IMG/VR virus record: IMGVR_UViG_3300032030_000042
DNA: 32,380 bases
Reading direction: 5' to 3' (one strand)
Origin: an uncultured virus (IMG/VR IMGVR_UViG_3300032030_000042)
Lineage: Duplodnaviria; Heunggongvirae; Uroviricota; Caudoviricetes
Position 1 is the stretch's first letter. Every line of letters begins with the position of its first letter. A program made the position numbers and the translations under genes. This document shows, piece by piece, positions 18,804-27,216 of this stretch. The notes beneath the pieces are model-generated. The model was given only the letters and a program-made list of their open reading frames with translations. It had not been told where the DNA came from and searched no databases.

Positions 18804-20321
18804 CTTAACCAGTTTTTGAATCCTGGTCATACATTTCGGCGTGTTCTCGAAAACCTTATAAATTGTCCTCAATTCAGGCACTCCATTAGTAGGTTTCTTT
18901 TTAGTATCAATTACAACGTTATCTGGCCATCGTTCAAGCATTATATTTTGCGCTTCCATAAGATTTTCCGTACGTTGGTAAGTTTCAGAAAGACCGCCTT
19001 TTTGTTTACCATCCTTATTCATACGTGTTTGCTGAAGATAACGCATAAATTTAGCAACTCGAAAACCAAGGTACATGCATTTTAACGAATAGTCAATGTC
19101 GGATTTGAATTTCAATGTAGTATCAAAATCAAATGCCTTTAATTTATTAGAATTAAATATCCAAACGACTGCCATGGTAAAATACCTTGACCGAGAACCA
19201 GGATACACTATTTTAGGACTTACATCCGGAGTATTCCAATCGAAAGCAGATTTTCCTACAGTACCAACATCAAATTCAGTACTACATATTTCCCTATCCA
19301 TTTCCTCAAAGAACGACTTAAATTCCTCAGCCGTTTTTAAAGACAATGAAATTTTAGGCTCATTGGGTAAATTATAAAACCAAGATAAAATATCATCGTC
19401 CATCATAACCACTGGGTTAGTTCCGTCATATAAATTCTTAACATAATTCATAACGTAACTAACACCTCGGTCATTTTCTGGCAATACAAGTACATTTTCG
19501 TGACCTGCATTGCGATACGCTTCTTCATCTTGCGGTTCAACAACTACAGTATAAGGTTGACCGCAAAGACGGAAATGCTTAAACGATTTTCCGTCAGGTC
19601 GTCCTTTACTGATAACATATATCTTAATATGGCGTTCCGCACTTGCTTTCCTGGTTGTAGGCGTCTCAATTTCCTTCAGGGTGTAATATTCTTCAGAATG
19701 TAGTTTAGCGATGTTATCATGCTCGTAAAAGAAAAAACCGCTTTGACTTTTATAACACTTTTGCGCTACTTGATATTTCAAAGCATTTATTTCCTTATCA
19801 TCGCCAGTAAGTAATAAGTCAATACGCTGCTCCTCATCTTGTAGTTGCTCCGCTGCTTTACGTTTATATGCATGCGGAAATTCCTTATAGAAAATAAAGG
19901 TGCTTTCTAAATCCCGCAACTGCATACGAACAAAGTAGTGAAACGGATGACCTATACCAAGCGGACATACAATCACATATCCTTTATTAATGTAATACTT
20001 TATCTTATTCAGTAAGATAGTACGAAATTCTTTGATGCGTTTACCAAACCTACCTCTGTAGAATTTAATAACATTAACGTCATTCAAAGTTTCACCCTTA
20101 AATTGCTTAAAGAATTCTTTATAATCATTATTGTCTTGGATATCAAAACCAAGTGAAATATACTTGATTCCTATCATACGACCTACTGCTTCATCTTCCT
20201 TAATACGCTTTGGGTCGTTATCTATTGTAAGCACTCTGACCTTATCTTGTTCTGAAAATAAAAACCTGGAGCAACTTAACAAGGCATCGTCAGAGTGCGG
20301 TTGTATAATCAATATCTTCAT
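18795..20321 (-). CDS. PIG-L-like deacetylase fused to GREB1/TAGT-like GT-A glycosyltransferase
   Basis: N-half: QPHSDD, PLGIGHPFH, YKSQ. C-half: IYVISKGRP, VVVEPQDEEAY, VMMDDDI, KSDIDYSL, QKGGL, ERWP. Confidence 0.82.
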   Translation of the reverse strand: MKILIIQPHSDDALLSCSRFLFSEQDKVRVLTIDNDPKRIKEDEAVGRMIGIKYISLGFDIQDNNDYKEFFKQFKGETLNDVNVIKFYRGRFGKRIKEFRTILLNKIKYYINKGYVIVCPLGIGHPFHYFVRMQLRDLESTFIFYKEFPHAYKRKAAEQLQDEEQRIDLLLTGDDKEINALKYQVAQKCYKSQSGFFFYEHDNIAKLHSEEYYTLKEIETPTTRKASAERHIKIYVISKGRPDGKSFKHFRLCGQPYTVVVEPQDEEAYRNAGHENVLVLPENDRGVSYVMNYVKNLYDGTNPVVMMDDDILSWFYNLPNEPKISLSLKTAEEFKSFFEEMDREICSTEFDVGTVGKSAFDWNTPDVSPKIVYPGSRSRYFTMAVVWIFNSNKLKAFDFDTTLKFKSDIDYSLKCMYLGFRVAKFMRYLQQTRMNKDGKQKGGLSETYQRTENLMEAQNIMLERWPDNVVIDTKKKPTNGVPELRTIYKVFENTPKCMTRIQKLVKQL

Positions 20322-20338
20322 AGCGTTAATTTTTTATA

Positions 20339-21016
20339 TTAAACGCTGCTTTCACCCTTAACGTAAATTTCTTCAGGCAGGTTCTTTCTAATGTATGCTT
20401 GCTCAAACCAGAGTAAACCGCTTTGGCTTTTATAGAATTTTTTAGCCAACTCCCACTTAACAGCCGCAAAATCTTCAACCTTATGTTGCGACTGAAGAAC
20501 ATATTGCTTGAGCAATTCCTCCATCTGCTTTTGTGATTTCTTTTTATAAGATTGAGGAAAATCGCGATAATATTTTAATTTTACGTTGCTATTGCCCTCA
20601 AATTCCTTTTCAATAACGTAACGGATAAAAATATGAAACGGATGCCCTACACCCAAAGGCAAAAAGACTACAACGCTTTTATGACGCTTAATAAAATTAC
20701 TTACATATGCAATAACCTCACGCTGTATTTCAGCAGTCTTTTTATTACCAAAATAATCGGTAATAAATTCAATTACCACGTCATCATTTACTTCTTTATG
20801 TTGCTTCTTGAAATCATAATACGAATTATCTTCAAATTCCACGTTCAAATGTTGGTATGGAATTTCAAGAAACTCGTATAACTTTTCATCCTCAGCTACT
20901 CGCTTAGCATTATTTTCAACAGTACATACTGAAACATTACCGCTGAAAAGCAAATGCGATGCAGAAAATAATGCATCGTCTGAATGAGGCTGAATAATGA
21001 GTTGTTTTTTAGCCAT
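20339..21016 (-). CDS. PIG-L/LmbE-like deacetylase
   Basis: QPHSDDALFS, PLGVGHPFH, YRDFP and YKSQSG; paralog of the next gene's N-terminal domain. Confidence 0.8.
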   Translation of the reverse strand: MAKKQLIIQPHSDDALFSASHLLFSGNVSVCTVENNAKRVAEDEKLYEFLEIPYQHLNVEFEDNSYYDFKKQHKEVNDDVVIEFITDYFGNKKTAEIQREVIAYVSNFIKRHKSVVVFLPLGVGHPFHIFIRYVIEKEFEGNSNVKLKYYRDFPQSYKKKSQKQMEELLKQYVLQSQHKVEDFAAVKWELAKKFYKSQSGLLWFEQAYIRKNLPEEIYVKGESSV

Positions 21017-21061
21017 AACAATTTTTATTTACAGTTCATAAAATTTAACGTTGATAATTCA

Positions 21062-21991
21062 CTACCCTTTTGAAACTTTAATGTTTAATTTAACATTACC
21101 AAGTTTACTGCTCTTACGTTTTATCGGTAACGTAAATGCATGGGTGGCTGGGTTCCAAGCATAGCCTGGTTTCTTATAATTAACAGTACAACGACAATAT
21201 GGATGCGTTGGAGCAATAGTTGGTAACCAATTAGGTGCCTTGCGCCCTATATTATTGCCGTTTGCTAATATATCGCCTAGTTTGAAAATCTTTGGTTCAC
21301 TATCTTCATCTTCTGAGTCGGTTAAATAAAGTTCCTTACAGCGTTCGCAAGCACCTTGCAAAACATCAAACCATATTTCCGCATCTGCTCCGTGTTCACG
21401 TAAAATACCCTGCGCTCTTCCTGTATTGAATGCTTCATGCATTAAATACTGACTAATGCGTAACCAATCAACTTCCCAGTCTTCAGATGTTCGAGCAAGG
21501 TCGGCTGCTAATGCACGAGCCATTTGGCGTGTTTTAACCGCATCAACAGTTTTTTCCTTTATGATTTTTGCTACAATTGCTGCTTGTTTAGCATTACTAT
21601 TCAAAGCAGCGTTTGCTACCGATGTACGCATGCGTGCCCCTAAATTTGTAATATCAGTATAGGCACGACGCTTCATATGCTGCAAAGCAAATTCCTCATC
21701 TTCATTCAAAGGTATAAAATTACCGCTTGCTAAAAAGTTTTGGAATTGCTTATAATTCATATTCTTTGCTCGAGCATCACCTATCGCTTCAGCAAGGATA
21801 CCAAATAGAAATGCATGCTCGATAACTCCTTGCTTATTTTTAAATGTATCTACATTAATGCCTGCAGCAAGGAGTATCGCCTTATCAGTCTTTGAAAGAA
21901 AGTCTGTACCTAGCTGGTTCGCTATAAACAAAAGTTCGTAACGTTGTAATATGCTGAGCATATCTTGTATTTGCGCCTGGGTAAAAATCAT
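21062..21991 (-). CDS. MuF/SPP1 gp7-like head morphogenesis protein
   Basis: AFNTGR, ACERC and the PTHPYCRC signature. Confidence 0.8.
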   Translation of the reverse strand: MIFTQAQIQDMLSILQRYELLFIANQLGTDFLSKTDKAILLAAGINVDTFKNKQGVIEHAFLFGILAEAIGDARAKNMNYKQFQNFLASGNFIPLNEDEEFALQHMKRRAYTDITNLGARMRTSVANAALNSNAKQAAIVAKIIKEKTVDAVKTRQMARALAADLARTSEDWEVDWLRISQYLMHEAFNTGRAQGILREHGADAEIWFDVLQGACERCKELYLTDSEDEDSEPKIFKLGDILANGNNIGRKAPNWLPTIAPTHPYCRCTVNYKKPGYAWNPATHAFTLPIKRKSSKLGNVKLNIKVSKG

Positions 21992-22173
21992 TCTTCGGTA
22001 ACGTTATCTTGATTATTATTCATCACTTCTTTGGCTGCATCAGCGATATACTTTAACACTTCAGCCAAGCAAGAAGCCGTATTCTTGCGCCATTGATTAT
22101 TGAAATCTTTTTCGTACTCATTAACGCAAGGATACGGCGACTTTATTACCACGTTATGTTTATGATTCGCCAT
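21988..22173 (-). CDS. Hypothetical protein
   Basis: 61 aa ORF with ATGA overlap to the MuF gene. Confidence 0.55.
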   Translation of the reverse strand: MANHKHNVVIKSPYPCVNEYEKDFNNQWRKNTASCLAEVLKYIADAAKEVMNNNQDNVTEE

Positions 22174-22191
22174 TCAAATTAAATATGAAAA

Positions 22192-22563
22192 TTATTCGTC
22201 ATATCTTGTAAACAAATCCTTTATACCAGCAGCATCTTTTGCAGCATCATTTGCTAAATAACGAGCTTGGCGTAAATCTTTATTTTCCTTATAAAACAAT
22301 CTATCAAATTCCCCTTTATACGCAGAAATATAATTTTCTGCTTCTTTATCCGTTTTTCCAGCATTTTTTAAATTGAAAAACATTTTAGCATGACTTCTCT
22401 GTTCACCATCCATTTGCGGACCTGCAAGTTCTAAAAACTTTTTAGAAGAAATAACATCTTTAAAACCATTATAAGTTCTATATAAAGCATCTCTCCAATC
22501 TGGAGAATCATTGTCATTAAATTCTAATTCAGCATCAAAAACTTCATCGATGTATTCCTCCAT
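22192..22563 (-). CDS. Hypothetical protein
   Basis: 123 aa, AT-rich ORF overlapping the upstream gene. Confidence 0.6.
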   Translation of the reverse strand: MEEYIDEVFDAELEFNDNDSPDWRDALYRTYNGFKDVISSKKFLELAGPQMDGEQRSHAKMFFNLKNAGKTDKEAENYISAYKGEFDRLFYKENKDLRQARYLANDAAKDAAGIKDLFTRYDE

Positions 22564-23278
22564 CCTTTTTTTTTGCTTCTTTTACACGCTTTTTAGTTTG
22601 TTTATATTCATCACTTCCTTTATCAAGCGTTTTTAAAGCTTCTTTATCATTTTTTAAACCCTCAACAAATTCTTTATTTCCAATTTTTTTAATATAATCA
22701 GTGTTATTACCATTATCACCACCACGCTTCTTCAATTCCTCCTTTGCTGCGTTACGCACATCTTCAGAAGCATTTTCATCGGCTGCTGCACGTTTCAATG
22801 CACCATCACTTGCTTTAGAAGCATGAGAACTTACATCAGATTTACCACTTTTACCATCAATATGTTTATCGTAAAGTTCATCAAGTTTTTTAGCAGGTAA
22901 TTTTTCAACAACGGATTTAATTTCTTTTTCATCCATTTCTGAAAAATCGACATCTGCTAAACTTTCAACCGCTGCAGCCATCTTACTACTTTCACCCATT
23001 GCCCGCATAATACGAGGAACATCATAAGTTCTATTCTTATTTGAATCACCACCCTCTTCTTTTTTAGTTGAAACTTTTCCATTAGGCATTTCTTCTTGTT
23101 TTTTATGACCATACGCCTGACCAACGCGGTTCAAACGACGGTTCTCTGCAGTATCCGCGTAAACACCGCTGCGAGCCTTTTCTAGTTCTTCATTAAGGTT
23201 CATACCAGAACCAAATGCTTTTTCAATGTTTTCCTGAACTGCCTGACGGCGAGTTTGAATGCCATATAAATCTTCCAT
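22544..23278 (-). CDS. Lys/Glu-rich mosaic protein, putative internal head protein
   Basis: IEKA/LEKA N-terminal motifs; shares modules with the genes at 16961-18757 and 31696-32380. Confidence 0.6.
   Translation of the reverse strand: MEDLYGIQTRRQAVQENIEKAFGSGMNLNEELEKARSGVYADTAENRRLNRVGQAYGHKKQEEMPNGKVSTKKEEGGDSNKNRTYDVPRIMRAMGESSKMAAAVESLADVDFSEMDEKEIKSVVEKLPAKKLDELYDKHIDGKSGKSDVSSHASKASDGALKRAAADENASEDVRNAAKEELKKRGGDNGNNTDYIKKIGNKEFVEGLKNDKEALKTLDKGSDEYKQTKKRVKEAKKKDGGIHR
22867..22967 (+). repeat. 101-bp exact direct repeat, copy 1
   Basis: Identical to 32280-32380. Confidence 0.95.
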
Positions 23279-23305
23279 AATATTATGTTTTTTAGTTTTT
23301 ATTTG

Positions 23306-23911
23306 TTAAAATTTTATTCCTACATTTATTGTATAACCAAACTGTTTTTGATATATAAACGCTGTTGCGCCAAAAACATACCTATCCGCAACTACACATA
23401 AACCGCTTAACTGATAACTTGTTAATTCTATACTTGCTCCTGCGGTTGCTATAAATGATAATGGTTTGTGCTTATATATTGTATTCGTTGTCGTAATAGT
23501 TTGCGTCTTTATTAACGGCTGGATGGTTGATACGGCATTCTGCAACTTATTTCGTTCAATGTCCAAATCTACCTTAAACACCCCAGTAGTATCAGTTGAA
23601 TAATCTAACAAATACTTGCGGGTAGTGGTATAATCGGCTATCGCATCCATGAGTAAGGAAGTGTCCTGATATATATATTTTATCGCCGTATCATGACGAA
23701 TTTCAGTGTAAGCAACAGGATAATAAATTGTATCGGTAATAACCTCACCTGGGAGGTATTCAGTAATAGTGTCAGTGGTGCTTTCAACTTTAATTTCATG
23801 ATAACCTACAATAATCCCTACAATAAATGCAGCGGAAAGAAAAATTACTGCGACAAGAAATATTACTTGCCACCATTCTTTAAGCCAATTTTTAAGATAA
23901 TCTTTGTTCAT
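23306..23911 (-). CDS. Membrane-anchored spanin-like protein
   Basis: N-terminal TM helix, DTI/DTA repeats and amphipathic beta strands ending in GYTINVGIKF; next to the holin-like gene. Confidence 0.5.
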   Translation of the reverse strand: MNKDYLKNWLKEWWQVIFLVAVIFLSAAFIVGIIVGYHEIKVESTTDTITEYLPGEVITDTIYYPVAYTEIRHDTAIKYIYQDTSLLMDAIADYTTTRKYLLDYSTDTTGVFKVDLDIERNKLQNAVSTIQPLIKTQTITTTNTIYKHKPLSFIATAGASIELTSYQLSGLCVVADRYVFGATAFIYQKQFGYTINVGIKF

Positions 23912-24362
23912 ATCCTTCTACTATTTTTTCAAGTTGCGTAATACGTTGCTTGTATTCTGTTTCACGCTTTCGAGATTCTTCCTCAAACAATTTATATTGC
24001 TCCATCAGTTTATCGTATTTAGCACGCTCCAACTCACGCTGCTTTTCATAGTCAGAACGCATTTCCTCTAACTCATTACGAAACGACTTAACAATTTCAT
24101 TGCTGAGTTTTCGCTCATTTTGATATTCTGCATATAATGAGTCATAACGTTCCTTCCACCAATCATCCTTACTTTGCACTTCCTTTTGAAGAACGTCATA
24201 ACGCTGCTTCCAAAACTCATCGCCCTTGATATCTGCCTGGGCTGCTGCTTCACGAACTTCTTGAACGTATTTTCGTTTATCTAAGATACGAGCAATGATT
24301 GCATAACCAATACCGCCAGTACCAAAGATTAATGATACTATATTTATCAACTGTTCGTTCAT
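23892..24362 (-). CDS. Putative holin/antiholin-like protein (one TM helix plus coiled coil)
   Basis: IVSLIFGTGGIGYAII TM segment followed by a long coiled coil. Confidence 0.5.
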   Translation of the reverse strand: MNEQLINIVSLIFGTGGIGYAIIARILDKRKYVQEVREAAAQADIKGDEFWKQRYDVLQKEVQSKDDWWKERYDSLYAEYQNERKLSNEIVKSFRNELEEMRSDYEKQRELERAKYDKLMEQYKLFEEESRKRETEYKQRITQLEKIVEGYEQRLS

Positions 24363-24363
24363 A

Positions 24364-24924
24364 TTATTCTTGTACTTTATGTATTTTTAGTTTTGCCGAC
24401 TTTACACGTTGCCTATAATTGTCGACGTTATAGTTTGACCGCAAACAGCGTATTATTTCATCAGCGAATAGTTTTACAACATCTGGGAAAGCAACGTTGT
24501 AATTGTTCCAGTCATATTCGTTATTAATAGTGCAAAGGTAAAAAATCGCCTTAGTAGATGCAGAAACTTTATTGAAAAATTTAAACCACCTTTTGTTATC
24601 CGAATCAACAAACTCTAGGTCACGCCAGCGTATCATAGGCGTCAGGCGGTCGTAGTCGTTAGATAAATTATATGCAAAATCACGTCCAATATACGAGCAG
24701 TTGCGATTCAAAGTAAGACCGCTGCCCTGCTTACCATCACGATAAAAATCAAATGCCATCGCTATACCATATGTATGATGTTTACGAAAATGATTAAAAA
24801 TATCAAAAGCGTTTTTAGATACCACTTCAACTCCACGATTGCGTAGTTCATTAGCAAGGGCATCTCGGAATAACTTTGATGCCCTATCGAAACGTCGCGT
24901 GGTAAGATAGACTATTTTACACAT
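24364..24924 (-). CDS. Amidase_3-fold-like protein lacking catalytic residues
   Basis: Pattern KIVYL...LANELRNRGVEVV...IAMAFDF...AIFYLCTINN..D...FADEIIRCL parallels N-acetylmuramoyl-L-alanine amidases, but the His/Glu ligands are missing. Confidence 0.45.
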   Translation of the reverse strand: MCKIVYLTTRRFDRASKLFRDALANELRNRGVEVVSKNAFDIFNHFRKHHTYGIAMAFDFYRDGKQGSGLTLNRNCSYIGRDFAYNLSNDYDRLTPMIRWRDLEFVDSDNKRWFKFFNKVSASTKAIFYLCTINNEYDWNNYNVAFPDVVKLFADEIIRCLRSNYNVDNYRQRVKSAKLKIHKVQE

Positions 24925-24934
24925 AATTCATTTT

Positions 24935-26938
24935 TTATTGAGACACATTCCATCCTCCAGAAGCAGTAGCATCTGCAGCAACTGGAGAAATATTATAAGG
25001 TGAAGCAAAACAATTTGTTCCCAAAGTTCCTGTACAATGACTCATGCCAAAACAATAACTAAAAGTTCCATGGCAACTAAACATATTATTACAGTGTCCT
25101 GATGATGAAGTTCCAAATGTACCATAACAATTTGTAAGTTCAGAAACTTGTTGAAAAGTACCGCCCTTGCAATTAATCAAAAATTGCGATAACCCATGAA
25201 AATTATCAGAAAAACAATCACTAATATAAACACAACCATAAATACTTTTAGTAACGCAATGAGAAATTCTTGCGCTATTATATATTCTTGGAACATTACA
25301 ATTTATTATATCGTAACAATTAGTCCAATAATTAACAGTTAAATCACTAAACACATTGACGTTTTCTATTCTATGGCAACGCTTAATTTTCACTTGCGCA
25401 TTACCAACGGGATTAATAATTAAATCTCTTATGTTTCCTAAATTTGCGAATAACCAAGTAGATAAATCACTACTTATTTCTTGCGTAGTGAACACATTAA
25501 TTACCGCTCCATTTCCGTTAAAAATCACCCCATTGTTGTAACTTTCATCTTCTGCTACTGAAGAAAAACCCTTAAAAAATATAGTGTTTGCGGTATTGCG
25601 ATAAATAGTTAAAACGCACTTTGGGTCAAAATCAACAATACATGGATTAGTGTTTATGAAATTCTCAAAAGATATCCCAGGGTGATTTGCTTGAGCATAT
25701 AAATTTCCCTTAAATAATATAGAATGAACTGATGACGGAATAACATCTAATGCAGCAAGTTGAGTAGAAGTTTCAACAACTAAATCATATTGAAAACAAC
25801 GTCTTGACGATAAAAAAATATTGTTTATCGAATAAGCCATTGAATTAAGCACTTGCTGTAATGTCGATTTTCCAGGAATAGGAATATATGGTTGAGAATT
25901 GTCTATCGCTTCAGCAAGGATAATTCCTTTTGTTTCTTGCTGAATCTTTGTTAAATATTTTTGCACCTTTTGAAATGCCGTTAGCAAAGTATCACTATTA
26001 TTGATATTTTGCAAGGTGCTTGCCGCAGCAAATGTTGAATCAATCTTAATACCACTAGCATTTTTAAATTGATTAACCCAACGCTGAAATTTAGTTACAA
26101 TCGTACTCAACGTATCGTTAGCAAAAACATCTACAGCCGTTCCTACTACTGGTGTAGCAGGTAACTTTTTAGAAAATACATTGACATCTGAAAGACCAGT
26201 AGAAATAGCGTTTTCGCAGTCCTGGCGTAAATGTTCATAATTATCAGCAACGTTATTGATTGCTTGTACTAATTGTTGATAATCTGTTTGATAAGTTTGA
26301 AATTTTACAAATCCTCCAGGAATATCGCTTTTGCTTTCAAAAGCATTTTCAAAATTAAAGTATAATCCACTATTCCAAGTAATGCTATTTCCAGCAATAG
26401 CAGAAATCAATGAAGATACTTTATATTTTACAAACTGCCATACGCTTCCATTCAAACGCTTTCCGAGCAAGAAGTCATTTGCGGTATTCCCAGGATTTAC
26501 CTCAGTAAAAGAAAATATAATGCGATTTGTAGTAGAATCATAAACACCGCTAATATTATCAATAGTAAGATTAGTTGATGTAACGTGATATTGAATATTG
26601 CTACCAAGGTCATCAATAAGAATATTGCCAACTGTATCTACATATTGAACTTTTGTAGTAGTAATAGCCAAGGCAAGAGCATTACTTTTATCGGTAATCT
26701 TATACCATTGACCTACTGTAAGGCCAGTGCTTGAAGCAAGATTGACTAATACTGAATATTGAATTGCGGTAATAAGATTAGGATTAAGATTCACCCATTG
26801 CTGTAAATCATTATCCCAAACCTTATGACAACGCTGGCTTGGCGTTTCATCATACCAAATTAAAGTTGTATTTTGAGGAGCGGAAGTTCCTATATGCAAT
26901 CCCTGAACTTGCCCCAGATTTTTTGTTCCTCCTGGCAT
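24935..26938 (-). CDS. Fibre/spike-like virion protein with C-terminal beta-helix-like repeats
   Basis: Likely start MPGGTKNLG at 26938. Contains IGTSAP..TTLIWYD, repeated DTL..xxKxQ helices and a Cys/Asn-periodic C-terminus. Confidence 0.55.
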   Translation of the reverse strand: MPGGTKNLGQVQGLHIGTSAPQNTTLIWYDETPSQRCHKVWDNDLQQWVNLNPNLITAIQYSVLVNLASSTGLTVGQWYKITDKSNALALAITTTKVQYVDTVGNILIDDLGSNIQYHVTSTNLTIDNISGVYDSTTNRIIFSFTEVNPGNTANDFLLGKRLNGSVWQFVKYKVSSLISAIAGNSITWNSGLYFNFENAFESKSDIPGGFVKFQTYQTDYQQLVQAINNVADNYEHLRQDCENAISTGLSDVNVFSKKLPATPVVGTAVDVFANDTLSTIVTKFQRWVNQFKNASGIKIDSTFAAASTLQNINNSDTLLTAFQKVQKYLTKIQQETKGIILAEAIDNSQPYIPIPGKSTLQQVLNSMAYSINNIFLSSRRCFQYDLVVETSTQLAALDVIPSSVHSILFKGNLYAQANHPGISFENFINTNPCIVDFDPKCVLTIYRNTANTIFFKGFSSVAEDESYNNGVIFNGNGAVINVFTTQEISSDLSTWLFANLGNIRDLIINPVGNAQVKIKRCHRIENVNVFSDLTVNYWTNCYDIINCNVPRIYNSARISHCVTKSIYGCVYISDCFSDNFHGLSQFLINCKGGTFQQVSELTNCYGTFGTSSSGHCNNMFSCHGTFSYCFGMSHCTGTLGTNCFASPYNISPVAADATASGGWNVSQ

Positions 26939-26951
26939 AGCGAATAATTTT

Positions 26952-27215
26952 TTAACGACCGTATGTATAATTAGCACGCTCGCTCCAAGCAAAGCGATAA
27001 TCCATTGAGCCTTGAGCATAAAGCGTCTTTGTTACTGTTCCTTGTTTTAATACCTTTGCAATGCGCCATCCTTCCTCATTTTCTTCAGTTCCTAATGGCG
27101 CATAACCATAATATTTTACATTAGTTCCGCTTTCAGTAGTTTCATCTACTAATGGTGCGGGCATGTACTCACTTAACGTTTGAACGACTGGTGCGTTAAT
27201 CTTACTGTCTTTCAT
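26952..27215 (-). CDS. Small hypothetical virion-associated protein
   Basis: 87 aa ORF after the portal gene; YYGYA.LG...WRI.K...W..RA.YTY pattern. Confidence 0.6.
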   Translation of the reverse strand: MKDSKINAPVVQTLSEYMPAPLVDETTESGTNVKYYGYAPLGTEENEEGWRIAKVLKQGTVTKTLYAQGSMDYRFAWSERANYTYGR

Positions 27216-27216
27216 G

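Noticed and set aside
21056..21064. Possible stop-codon recoding (MuF ends TAG TGA)
   Set aside because: Genes are intact and densely packed under code 11, with no fragmentation by TAG or TGA.
24935..25400. Fibre C-terminus as a diversity-generating retroelement target
   Set aside because: No template repeat or reverse transcriptase in the window; the 101-bp repeat elsewhere has no adenine-specific mismatches.
26939..27019. Hydrophobic 'signal peptide' at the start of the 694-aa ORF
   Set aside because: It overlaps the upstream gene out of frame; the real start is more likely the ATG at 26938.
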